Made by a program: the position numbers and the translations under genes. A stretch of 64,000 nt of DNA from Tetramitus jugosus. Taxonomy: Eukaryota > Protista > Heterolobosea. Within the stretch, counting starts at the first letter, position 1. Every line of letters begins with the position of its first letter. The stretch covers positions 62,001 to 126,000 of the forward strand of contig OW569360.1 of NCBI GenBank assembly GCA_937625935.1, in the 5' to 3' direction. A model generated the notes under the pieces. That model had not been told where the DNA came from, did not search any database, and worked only from the letters and a program-made list of their open reading frames with translations. Below are positions 1 through 12,300 of this stretch, piece by piece.

Positions 1-591
1 TTGCTCTGGTGACAGAAGAGTTTACTACGACGTGTGTTTTGAGTCATGTGAATACAGCGCTCGTTCATATGACTGCAGTGTTCAAGCAATGCGTCAGATT
101 GCGAGACAAGCTATCAGTTCACAGAGCCTACTGTACCATGTAACACCCATCCAGTAATGACTACGACTCCTCCGTGCATCGTTCGTTGAATCACAATAGG
201 AGCTCACACGATCCGATTTTATTACTCCTGGATGCACCACTTGTTCTGGCACTGCCAGCTTTCTGTAACGCCTCTAAAGGAGAAAGTTCCATCATCCAAG
301 GGTATACCTCCTATCAAAATAAGGCCACTCAACAGAGAGAAAGGACAAGAGAATCTCTGCTTCTGGCAATTCTAGACAAATGTAAATATTCGTTCCATTT
401 TCGCTCGTTTGTCCGCCAATATTTCTCCTTGCACGTCAACTTGCATGATTGCGACCAAAAGTCAAATAAAACCGAACTCTTGGTTCAAAAAGATCCGCAA
501 CTCCAACACGAGCTCTTCCCAACCCAACAACGCCAACCAACACTGCTTTTCCTGCCATTTCCCTTCAGGCAAAACAACTTTTCATTTATTT

Positions 592-3545
592 ATGACCCGA
601 GTGCCCATTTCATGTCCAAACACAACAACAACAACGACAACTGCCTCGACGACAACAACAACTATACTCACGTGCACACAGGAGCAAACAGAGCAAAGTT
701 CTCAACTGCAGACCAAGCACAAGTCTGATAACAACAATCATAAGAAAATGAAGAATCGTATAGATCACAACAACAACAATAATAACGATAATAACAATAA
801 CAACAATAATAATAATAACAATAATAATATCAAGAGTAATCATCATCATCATTACAATAATCGTCATTACTACAAGATGAGTCCATTGTTCAGAGCACTT
901 GTCATGATATTCTGTTTACTGGTCGCACTGTTCCAATCCTATGCACCTATGCGATACAAGATACTGTGTTCCATTTTCCACATGATTTACTTTTTCATTG
1001 ATGACAACATTGTTTCCATTGTACTGTTCTTGGTTACGCGCAAAACATTATTGGACGACAATCGGACTTCTAATCACACGAAGCAAAGCAATGAAGAAGA
1101 GGAAGACAATCAAAATAAGAGTAGTAAGAATGCTTTTTCATCTCGGAGTGGCAACATGACGATGAACAATCATCATGTTCATCATCAAAAGCAAAGTGAA
1201 AAACAAGAACAACGAACGAATGAGACAGTGTGGAAGCTGTATTGTCTTCCACCGAATTGTCCGATCAATATGCTGCACATTCATTTGATTCGGTCTCTTT
1301 ATTTGGCTCTGCTGCCTCTCTATTCATATGCCTTTTTAGGTATAGAAGCACCTGTTTGGTTGGCAAGCTTTGTTTTTCAGCAATCTCTCGCTGTTAATCT
1401 ATCGACTGTGACGGATGCTCATTGGTCTCTGATTTTGATTGTTGTTTCGAGTCATTTTGTGGCGACTGTAGTGGGCATGTTCTGTATTGCTCCTCGTTTC
1501 TCTGGACCAAGTTATTCACTGTGCAATGTCATTTCACCGATTGCTTGTCTCATTTGTTCAATGGTTATGATGATTCGCATCTGTGAATACATGAAGCAAA
1601 TTGCGACACGTGAAAGAGAGGACGAAAAGCACGCCACGTTTGTCCATTCGGAAATCATGTACCGTAAAATGTATCGGGACGCGCCTTGTTTGTTTATTAC
1701 GGTGAATCGGGCGGGAGTGATTCTCAATTGTAATACGGCAGTTCAAAAGCTAACGTGTCGATCAGAGGATGCGCTCATTGGCAGTGTATTTTATTCCTTG
1801 TTGACGCCAGAGAGCCAAGCAGCGCTGAGGAATGTGCTTGTGATTTGTGGAACGACCAATACAAAGAAGGATGTGGTCATCAACAACATTGAGCTCGAAA
1901 TGAAAGGTGGTTATGTAAATATGATTGTGGATTCTGATCGCTCCTTGTTGGGTAGTGGTGGTAGTGGTGGTGAGGATGAGGAAGAAACAACTGCAAGCTC
2001 AACCAGTGGTAGCAGCAGTCTAGGCCACAGCGATGAACGAAGAAATAAGAACAAGTGCGATGATAAGACTCTCACGAGAGACAACTACATGATTCATCAC
2101 ATGTTGGCGTCCATTACCAAGACTTATCAACGATCGATCAACTCCATGGACAATAATGGACCAATGGAGCTCGTGTACAATATTGTTTTGCAGGACATGT
2201 CGGAGAACAATATGACACAGCATCAATTGAAGGTGGCAAAGGAACAAGCTGAAGAAGCCAATAGAACAAAGTCAATGTTCCTGAATTCAATGAGTCACGA
2301 GTTGAGAACACCATTGACTGCTATTGTAGGTCTGTCCGAGATTTTACTCATGGACAAAAGATTAATCGATGAACAGTTGGATGTGGTGAAGTCCATATCC
2401 AGAAGTTCTGTCGTCCTACGAACGCTAATTTCGGACATTTTAGATTTGAGTAAGATTGAGGCAGGTAGGTGCCAATTGGAGCATTATCGGTTTGATTTGA
2501 AATCAGCATTAGAGACTGTAGATCGATTAACGAGAACAAGTGCACTCGAGAAGCAGTTGGAGTACAAGTTTGAAGTGGCCGACAATGTTCCAACACGATT
2601 GATGGGTGATGCTATGCGTTTGAATCAAGTCTTGCTCAACCTGTGCAACAATTGTATCAAGTTTACTCACAAGGGTTCTGTGACAGTGTCTGTAACAAGT
2701 GATCACAACAGTCTGAGTCCATACATGCAATCCCAGCTGCCCAAACATCATTCCAATAACCCCAATCAAACTCAATTGTTCTTCTCAGTGTCCGATACAG
2801 GTATCGGAATACCTGCTCGGAAGATGAGAGAGCTGTTCCAACCATTTACACAAGTTCAAGCATTTGAAACGCGTTTCACAGGCGGAACAGGTTTGTATCG
2901 TACTTGTAACTCATGTATCGTTTTGTATTGTCTCTAACATCTCTGCTTTGTTCATTAATAGGTTTGGGTCTGTACATATCTAAATCACTAGTGCAACTCA
3001 TGAAGGGTCACATTGCTGTTGCTAGCAAAGAAGGATTCGGTTCAACATTCACCTTCTCCATGGTATTAGGAATTGACAATGCTCAAATAGATGAAACCAT
3101 TGTCGAGTCACCATCAGAATTGTTAGGACCTTGCTTGGATTGTCCCAGCGACAATCTCCCAAGAGATCTGAGGGTACTTGTGACAGATGACAATCTCATC
3201 AATCAGAGAGTGTTGTCCAAGACGTTGCAGAGTCTGGGTGTTCCACTGGACAATATTCAATTCGCTAGCGATGGTAGGTCGGCAGTGGACACATACCATA
3301 ATAGTAGTGGGAACATTGACTTGATCTTCATGGATCTTCACATGCCAATCATGAATGGTTTCGAGGCAACTCAAACCATTCGGAAAGTTGACTCAAAAAC
3401 CATCATTGTCTGTCTGACTGCAAACGCCACTGACCAAGCAAAACAAAAATGTGAATCAGCTGGCTTCTCACACTACCTCTCCAAGCCATACACGAGGACT
3501 CAAATTGCGGACATTCTTAACCGCGTGAAAACACCCGTTGTATAA
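592..3545 (+). CDS. Membrane-bound hybrid sensor histidine kinase (TM helices-PAS-HisKA-HATPase_c-REC), 2 exons, intron 2891..2961
   Basis: H-box FLNSMSHELRTPL, N-box NLCNNCIKFT and G1 DTGIGI are present. Removing the GTTTGT...CTAAC...TAG intron restores G2 GGTG|LGL and joins ORF 2913..3545, which carries the receiver motifs (DDNLIN, FMDLHMPIMNG, TAN, KP). PAS-like segment YRKMYRDAP...LIG. Start uncertain (in-frame ATGs at 445, 592, 748). Confidence 0.92.
769..828 (+). repeat. AAC/AAT microsatellite encoding poly-Asn in the histidine kinase N-terminus
   Basis: Directly visible (AAC/AAT)n run. Similar CAA/ACA/CAT/GAT tracts occur at the 5' end of many genes in the window. Confidence 0.9.
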
Positions 3546-3757
3546 ACATGACGTCATGATTGATTCATTGAAACTTCGCGTCGCACGCGACGAGGAACGA
3601 TAAAAAATTATTCTGAACCCCAAACCCAGAAAACAAAGTCACACCCAAATCTTCGCATTTCCCGCCCGCAAACTTTTTGGCCAAAAAAATCTCTCCCCAA
3701 AAAAGCTCAAAAATCCACACCAAAAAAAACAACAATCACAATCAAAAAACAACAGTC

Positions 3758-5572
3758 ATGCAACCAAAGAACAATCAAAATCACAATGACGACAATGACT
3801 CAAGTTCAACCACAACCACAACAACAACAACATTTAACCTCAGAGGTGTCAAAGTACAACATTTGTCCGACGTAGTGACCGACAACAATCATCACAATCA
3901 CCATAATCATCATAATCATGTAAATACAAACAACCACCAATCATCATCAACAACTACAACAACAACAACATTGACTCTCGATACTCAACATAACAGTAAT
4001 AGGAACCATGGTGAATCATCAACATCATTATCAACATTATCATCAGAGGCACAACAACAAAAATCGAGTGATCTTCGTAGTAGTACCAGCAGTAGTAGCA
4101 TCAGTAGTGATGATGATGATGACAATGAACGCATTTTCAAAGATCCGAGAAGCAATGCAAGATTGGGCATTGGTGAAGATCATGTCATTCTGTTGCCTCA
4201 TCATCATGAGCGTGTCAATCATTTCGCATTGGACATTGGTGGAAGTTTGGTCAAGATGGTTTATTATGAAGCAGAGGGAACTGAACGTACGTTGTTGCAA
4301 AGTTTGTTTTTTTTTGTTAAAAAAATTTTTTTTTTCCGTCAAGAATGATGCTAATGAACAGTACTTTATGGTTAATGGATGATGATGATAATGATGATGA
4401 TTGTAGATTTGTTTCGATCGTTGCCTCCAAAGTCACCTATACCGGTTCATGAACAACAGCAGCATGCACAGCAAGAATCATTGCTCGATCATCATCGCAA
4501 ACAACAAAAGAAAAAGTTGACTGTGCTGCAAGAAGAAGATGATGATGATAAGAAGAAGAAAAAGAAGCAGAAGAAGCAGAAGCAGCAGAAGAAACAGCAC
4601 AGTAAAGGTGCTAGAATCTGTTTTGCAAGGTTCAAGACTGCTGACATTGAAGACTGTCTTTCGTTTATCGAGAGTTTGACCAATCAGTATGGTAGGTGCG
4701 ACACGGTGCATGCCACTGGTGGTGGTTCATTCAAGTTTGCTGGCTTGTTGGAGCAGAGACTAGGCATCAAAATTAAAAAATTGGATGAGATGGGATCGTT
4801 GATTGCCGGCTTGAATTTCCTGTTGAAGAATATTCATGACGAAACATTTTTGTACAAGCAAAAGATACCGACTGATGAACAGTTGAACAGAAAGACACCT
4901 CACAGTTGGATGAATTGTGAGAAGCAGTATCTTTCATTCAAGGGAAAACCAGATTCGGAGCTCTATCCTTACTTGTTGGTGAACATTGGTAGTGGTGTCA
5001 GTATTGTGCGCGTATTTGGTGATAATCAATATGAGCGTGTGAGTGGTAGCTCTATTGGTGGTGGTACCTTTTGGGGATTGGGTTCCTTGTTGACTGGTTG
5101 CGACAGTTTTGAAGAATTGCTCGATATGACCCTCGAGGGTGACAATAGACAAGTGGATATGCTAGTCGGAGATATTTATGGTCGAGATTATGCAAAGATT
5201 GGTCTTCGATCGGACACGATTGCATCCACGTTTGGTAAAACAGCGACCAAGAGGTCAAAGGAACCAGATTGGAATCCAAAGGGCGCAGACGTCGCCAAAT
5301 CTCTCCTATTTATGATATGTAACAACATTGGTCAAATTGCATTCTTGAATGCCATGAAGTTTGGATTGACGAGGATTTATTTTGCTGGTTACTTTATCCG
5401 AGATCATCCTGTCACAATGCACAGCATTAGTTATGCTATTGACTATTGGAGTAAAGGAGGAATGCAGGCTCTCTTCTTAAAACACGAGGGTTATCTGGGG
5501 GCCATTGGAAGTTTCTTCAATTCAAAAGAACACAACTTTATTGTTGATGACGTGGAAGAACAACCCCAATAA
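3758..5572 (+). CDS. PANK: Type II (eukaryotic, Fumble-family) pantothenate kinase, 2 exons, intron 4287..4406
   Basis: Motifs ALDIGGSLVK, HATGGGSFKF, YPYLLVNIGSGVS, RVSGSSIGGGTFWGL and HEGYLGAIG. A phase-1 GTACGT...TTGTAG intron joins ORFs 3677 and 4379 in frame. Confidence 0.93.
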
Positions 5573-5663
5573 ATGTCAACCATCATATCACTTTTTCTTA
5601 TTGTATTGAATCAGGATTGGAATAAACGACAACTATTTATTCGAAATTATGAAGTATGTAAGC

Positions 5664-7174
5664 TCAATTCCACCAAAGAACAGCAGGAGCCAACAAGAAT
5701 AACGTCTCTGTTCTTACACTCCTTGAGAATTGAATCCAGGCCTTGAGCAACTCCTGAAGTTCATTGACAGTCAACTTGTGTTCACCATACACATTGAAAC
5801 CTCTGACATACAGTGCCTGTTGCAACTCCTTAGTCTTCAGATTGTACACTGAGAAATCAGCAATCAATTCATCATCTGCACGAATCATTTGCATGTACTT
5901 TCGCAATGCCTTCATTCTCATCTTTCTAGGAACGGGCACAAATCCCAAGAGTTTTGTTTGTGCTGCCGTAGACATGCTCAATGAGAATAATCCCAGAGTC
6001 ACGTTTCTTCCATACTTGGTCGATGTGCCACCACTGACTCCACCGTACTCGGATCGAGAGGCCAACGAGAACAGACTCATATTCTTGATGACTTCATCAC
6101 TCAATCGTTCAAGTGTAAACTCGGATTGAAACAGTCCACCACCATTGTTCATCGTCTCTGCACGTTCAAACTGAACGAGATCCGACAGTACTTTGCACGA
6201 TACTTGAACGTAATCGTCACCGCGTGCCTGTTCTTCACGCACCTTGAGAATAATGGCTTGGATGAGAGAAGCTTCCAAATGACAGTCAATCATGTCTCTT
6301 CGGTTGAGTATGCCCGATGCCAGTCTCATAAACTCTTGATTCAACGTTTGACTCATTTCTCTTCTACGGTTCGTGTGTCTCTTTCGTCTTTCGTCCAAGA
6401 ACTTTGGTCTCTGATATCCACTGGGTAAAACTATTCATTCATTGTAAAGCACCATGGTTTTTTTTGTTAAGGTAAAAAAAAAACAACATTTTCAGTTAAA
6501 ACAACAACTCACTAGTCAATGAACAAACTCAACAAACAAACTCATAAACAAATAAATAAACTCAACAAACAAATAAACATACATGCAGGAACAAAGTGAC
6601 CAATCACAGGAATGAGCAATGTGCTAAACGGGATGCAAAACAGGGCAAAAAAAGGAACAAATTTGCAAAAATCAACAAATGCACAATTCAAAAACATAAT
6701 TTCTCTCCTCGTTGCCTTCCTAAAAATTCTATTATTAATCTGTTTTCTCAATTGATAGGCAGTATAAAAATTGTGAAACATTGTTTTTGTTCCATTATAG
6801 TAGAATGCACTTGCTTCTCTACCCTTGGCCATCCATTTACTCATATCAAATGATGATGATTCTGATGACTCTGACGATGATGATGATTGTAATTCATTTT
6901 TTTTAGTGTCCTCTTGTTGTTGTTGAGGTGATGATGTTGATGGTAGATTGTTTTTAGTAATGACAGTTTTTTGAGTATTATCGGTAGAGTAGTACTGCAG
7001 TGGATAACATGTAGTACGATTCAACATGAAAAATGCATGTTGTGGTTGATGATTTTGTGGGAGCAAGTTTCGATGGTGATGATTGTGTGGGAGAAAGGAT
7101 CGGTGGTTGTGTGCAAACAGGGATCTTTGACAAAGTGAGGTCAAAGTGCGATGGGACAATTGGTTGATGATCAT
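5664..7174 (-). CDS. LETM1/Mdm38/LETMD1-like mitochondrial inner-membrane protein, 2 exons, intron 6431..6582
   Basis: Presequence-like N-terminus. TRRE..FL....VDFCKFVPF...IPFSTLL TM segment; splicing gives FVPAFLPSGY (LETM1 has FPxMLPSTF). C-terminal IRADDELI and ELQQALYVRG...L..WI match the LETM1 ribosome-binding domain. Confidence 0.85.
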
Positions 7175-7525
7175 TTTTGTTGTTGTTTTTTGTGTTGTTG
7201 TGATTTTGTTTTTGGGTTGGGGTTTTTTTTCTCCTCCTGGAGGAGATCCCGGAGAAATTTTGAGTGCGGAGCAGGCTCAACAAATGAAGCTTGTTTTACA
7301 GATTGATGGATTGTATTGAAGTGTTGAGTGAGAACAATTGTTCAATTCAAAAGTAAACCAGTCAAGATTCGGCTAAACTGCTATGTGTTTTGGATCAAAA
7401 TCCTTTCGTGTCCAACCCCAAGTTCGAAGAGAGAACCCAAAAACTTCAAAAAAAACAGAGCAAGGAACTTCAAAAACAACCAAAAAAAAACAACGAACAA
7501 AAAAAGCAAACACACACATCAAACA

Positions 7526-8161
7526 ATGTCCCAATATAATAATAATAACAATAACAACAATCATCAACCTTCTACACCTTCATCATCATCAAGAAAACCA
7601 TCCACCACACCAGCTCATCTCCTACTCAAACAACAATTACGCGAAGAAAGTTCCATCATTTCCGACGTTGCCATCAAAGAAGCCGAAAATGCACTTTGTC
7701 AATTGGACAATGACCTTCATCGATTCAATTTAGCGACACTATACATTCGAAGTAATCGATCCAGAGCTTATGTTGAGCGTGGTATTGACTATATTGCTGA
7801 ATTGTTGAACAGTGAACATCATTCTTCATTGTTATCGTCGACGCCGCAGCATTCATCGTCGTCATCATCGTCGTCAACATATGATGACAATAATAGTAAT
7901 GCGAATCATTACAAGCGTGATTGCATGTATTTTATGGCACTGGGTTTCTATCATTTGAACGATTATTCTCACAGTAAACAATGGATTCAAACACTGCAGA
8001 GGTATGATCCAGAGAATAGACAAGCAAAGAATTTACTTTTACTGGTGGAGGAGAGAATTCATGAGGAGGGAGTCAAGGGATTGGCCATTGCTGGTGGAGC
8101 TGTCGCAGGTGGTGTTTTGGCGGTTGCAGGCATTGTTGCGCTTGCTTTGCTTAGACGATAA
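7526..8161 (+). CDS. FIS1: Mitochondrial/peroxisomal fission protein Fis1
   Basis: TPR-like RDCMYFMALGFYHLNDY...DPENRQAKNL followed by the tail anchor EGVKGLAIAGGAVAGGVLAVAGIVALALLRR. Confidence 0.9.
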   Translation: MSQYNNNNNNNNHQPSTPSSSSRKPSTTPAHLLLKQQLREESSIISDVAIKEAENALCQLDNDLHRFNLATLYIRSNRSRAYVERGIDYIAELLNSEHHSSLLSSTPQHSSSSSSSSTYDDNNSNANHYKRDCMYFMALGFYHLNDYSHSKQWIQTLQRYDPENRQAKNLLLLVEERIHEEGVKGLAIAGGAVAGGVLAVAGIVALALLRR

Positions 8162-8443
8162 AACTTTGTCACCATTTTTCCTTCATTTTTTTTATTGTTT
8201 CGAGCTCCTTCAAACATGAAACAACACGATAATTATGAACTGTCAGGGTATTCTAGTTTCTGCAGAAACTAAAGCAGATGGCAGAGATTCACTCAAACGT
8301 CATTCAACCATCAGGGTTTTTCCTGCAGAAACCGATATTCCTGCCGAAAAATGTTTACAAGTTGTCGAAGGATTTAAAGGAACACCAACAATAACTGAAC
8401 ACAAATTAATTTCCCAAACCAACCAAATCACAAGCAAAAGAAG

Positions 8444-9202
8444 ATGCAACGAGAGGTTGCCTATACAATGAGAGAGGGTTCGAAGACAATCACAAACGTG
8501 TGCCGAAGAATGAAGGTCTGGGATATGAACATGGTGATTACATTGACGGCAAACTTTATCTCTAGAGGAAGAGAAGAATCCAAGGTGTATTTTGGAATCG
8601 TGTGCTATAGAAAAGATGGTACTGAGATCCAATCGTTCCATAATTTAAGGAAAGAAGAGCCCTATCACATCACAGAAGTGAGCAATGACAATGGTCAGAC
8701 AGTCTTCAAGCTATCTGGTACACCTATCTCTTGGTTCGGCAATGGATCACTCGGGTACCACAGAGCTCTTGGTATTTATCTGGATGGAGATGTCACCCAT
8801 GAGCCTGACTATGTGCACTACTTTTGTGATCGAGATGCCGATATCAACAGCGGAAGTTATCAGCTGCATGGAGATAGCGTAACGTTGAACAAACAACTTC
8901 CTGATCACATCCTTGCCTTGGTAAACCAAAACATTAGCACGGTTGTCATTATGAACCACAATGCAGGTGGTACCTACCATTATGGTGCTGCAGCGAACAA
9001 AGCAATCCCAAAGGATAAATGGGAAACTTTGTCCACCAAGTATCAAGGAGAAGCATTCAATGATCTCCCCGGAAAACTTCGCAAGGGCACCGATTCCATC
9101 GAAATACTCATTCTTTCCAATTATGGACAAGGAGAGGAAGCTGTTCTCGAAATGAGAAATCCCAGCCTCACAGCAACATTCACCTCTGAAATTATTGCTT
9201 GA
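8444..9202 (+). CDS. Uncharacterised 252-aa beta-rich protein, possibly a carbohydrate-binding jelly-roll domain of phage-tail type
   Basis: Clean intronless ORF without low complexity. The pattern YFGIVCY.KDG..I...GGTYHY.AA.N...P...W...LRKGT..IEILILSNY recalls CBM-like domains in phage/bacterial proteins (from memory, not searched). Confidence 0.65.
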   Translation: MQREVAYTMREGSKTITNVCRRMKVWDMNMVITLTANFISRGREESKVYFGIVCYRKDGTEIQSFHNLRKEEPYHITEVSNDNGQTVFKLSGTPISWFGNGSLGYHRALGIYLDGDVTHEPDYVHYFCDRDADINSGSYQLHGDSVTLNKQLPDHILALVNQNISTVVIMNHNAGGTYHYGAAANKAIPKDKWETLSTKYQGEAFNDLPGKLRKGTDSIEILILSNYGQGEEAVLEMRNPSLTATFTSEIIA

Positions 9203-9322
9203 AATAAACGAAACAAAAGCAGTGTATTCTACAAACGCCATGAATTCGACACTTTTCTGGAACAAAAAACCCATCAAAAAACAGCTGTTTACAAACCAAA
9301 GCAAAAGAGAGGGGGTTAAACA

Positions 9323-12300
9323 ATGGTCAACAATAAGCGAAAACGCATCATTGATGATGAAAATGACAGCGACGATGAACTCTTGCCTAAACATCTCCTT
9401 CAATCATCATCAAACCACTCCAACAACTCCAACAACCATTTCCATCAACAAACACTTGCACCACCTCAGAAACGAATCAATCGTCGTCAACCGAAAATCA
9501 TTTCCTATATTCCATCACAATCATCATCATCATCACTATCATCATCACCAACAGCACTCAAAACAGCATTCAAGGATGATGGTGATGATGAAGGTGTTGT
9601 CATTTTGTTGAGTGACGATGAAAATGAAAATGATCAACATCGAGAACAGAACAATGATGATGATGAGAAAAAGAGTGTCAATCACAGTAGGGTGATTTCT
9701 CTCAAACACAATGTCAATATTCAAAAGATGAATGATTATCATAGCGATAGTATCAATGATATTAATGATGATGGTGATTTGATGAATGCAATGATGGATG
9801 ATCATCAGAGTGAAATGCAGAATCATCGTGTAGTGACTAGGAGTCAAATTATGAAACAAAATCAATCATTGCCCATGAAGACGACCCATATCCACAATTT
9901 TAAGGAATTGGCCGAGAGGTATTCAATGTGTCTGGAGCGATTATTGAGTGATGTAACAGATGAAAACATGAGAAGAGTGAGAGAGGAAGCACGACAACTG
10001 GATGCAACTCTAAGGCATTTATCAATCATTCAAAAGAATCAGAGTAATGTGATACTGGGTGAAGACGAGGAAGATGAAGTTGATTTTCTTGATACGGCCG
10101 AGGAGGAGAATCGACCCAATAGTAGCTTGTTTGATGAAGAAGAGTACAATGATGATGCTGATGAATTGTTGGGTGATGCTGCGCAGTACATGCATGGAGA
10201 TGACGAAGAAATTGTAATCATGGATGATGATGATGATGACGTTGACTATGTTCCTTCGATCAAGGGCAAAGGATTAGTATCGATTCCTGCGGTGGCAGGT
10301 GATGTGAACACTGATTTCAGCTCGACTGATTTTCCATGGACGAACAAGATTGAGAAGGTGATGAAGGATTCGTTTGGTCTCTCCCAATTCCGAGATTTAC
10401 AGAGAGAGGCCATCAATGCTTCCATGTCGAATCGTGATGTACTTGTCATTATGCCAACTGGAGGAGGAAAATCATTGTGCTATCAATTGCCTGCATCTGT
10501 CAGCAATGGTGTGACAATTGTGATCTCTCCTTTGCTCGCACTGATGGATGATCAAACGGCCGCATTGACTGATTTGGGCATTGGAGCCTCATTCTTCAGT
10601 GGAGATCAGACGAGGCAACAGGCAAAAACCATGATGGATGATATGATGAAGCTGCGATTTAAGCTAGTGTATGTTACACCTGAGAAAATGACGCGAAGCA
10701 AGACATTTCAGAAGAATTTACAAAAGTTGTATGAGAGAAAACAATTGGAAAAATTTGTGGTTGATGAGGCACATTGTGTAAGCACATGGGGACATGATTT
10801 TCGACCAGACTACAGAGAAATTACCCAAATCAAGAGACAATTCTTTCCAAAGGTTCCCACAATTGCGTTGACTGCAACTGCAACTCAACAAGTGATCCAA
10901 GATATTATCAGAAACTTGAATTTCAAAGATAAGCACGTAATATTTAAGGGTTCATTCAACAGACCAAATCTTGTGTACCACGTAAAACCAAAGGGCACAC
11001 ACGAAGCAACAATGAAAGACATCTCAACTTGGATTACTTCCCAGCATCCAAATCAATGTGGAATCATTTATTGCCTCAGTAAGAAAGATACAGAAAAGGT
11101 AGCCGGTGCTCTGAATGCTCAAAAAATTGTATCGGCACCGTATCATGCAGGTATGGATACAGCTCAAAGAATGAGAGTTGCTGGACTATGGAGACAGGAC
11201 AAGGTAAAAGTGATAGTTGCAACTGTTGCATTTGGAATGGGTATAGATAAACCAAATGTTCGATTTGTCATACATCATAGCTTCCCAAAGAGCATTGAAG
11301 ATTACTACCAAGCTAGCGGTAGAGCAGGTAGAGACGGAGGGTTGAGTAACTGCGTGCTATTTTATGGAACAAAAGATAGGACACGAAATTTTACATTAAC
11401 ATCACCAGATCCGAACTCTATGGACGCTTTGAATCGAATAGTGAATTACTGTGAGTCCACATCTTGTCGTCGCGTTATGTTAATCCAACATTTTGGTGAA
11501 GCATTTGATGAGAAGGATTGTAACAAACGTTGCGATAATTGCATGGCCGAGGGCGAAATTGCAAAGGAAGATGTTTCTGAAGACGCTAGAAACCTGCTTC
11601 GAGTCATTCAGGCCACCAAAGGGAAGTGCACACTTGTTCATTGTGTTCTAGTTTGGCGTGGCTCACAAAATAAGAAGATCACAGAGCTGAAGCATCAAAC
11701 GCTTGATGGATTTGGAACAGGAAAAGGGGTCAAGTTAGACAAAGCAAACAAAATATCTTCTCAACTCTTAGCGTCAGGTTACATAAGAGAATCTCGCAAA
11801 GACAACCAATATGGAACTTGGTCTTTAGTGTCTGTTAATGCTCTAAAATCCAAGAAACTTCTCAAAGGTCAAGAACAGTTCTATTTAACAACACGCAAGA
11901 TTATCGCACCAAAGGAAAATACTTTGACACAAATGCTTCCGTCATCCTCATCTGTTAATGATACCAATATTGAACTGAGAGGAATATTGTCGGATTTGAG
12001 AGGAGAGATATCGAGAGAAGTGGATGTTCCCGCATACGTCATTATCCCCGAACAATCCTTAATACAGTTGGTTGAAAAGAAGCCAACCACAGTCGAAGGA
12101 TTGCACTCAATTGTTCAGTTCGGTCATGAGAAGATTGTTAAGTATGGATTAAGAATTATTAACACTATAAGACAGTTTTTGCAGCAACCAATGTCAGCAG
12201 AGGAAGCCGGACACGCTAAAGAGCAAATCGCCCTTCTTTCAACAGAATCCATACGATCAACAATATCGTTACCAGATCTGAAAGAGAAGGAACTACAAGT

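Noticed and set aside
1-440. Possible 3' end of an upstream gene (+ frame open 2..157) and ORF 174..728
   Set aside because: Too short or overlapping the kinase, with no recognisable motif.
4351-4361. Alternative PANK acceptor (CTAATGAACAG)
   Set aside because: Using it gives an in-frame TAA within five codons, whereas the 4406 acceptor keeps the frame.
8235-8471. 78-aa ORF upstream of the 8444 gene
   Set aside because: No motif and no convincing splice join; probably promoter/leader.
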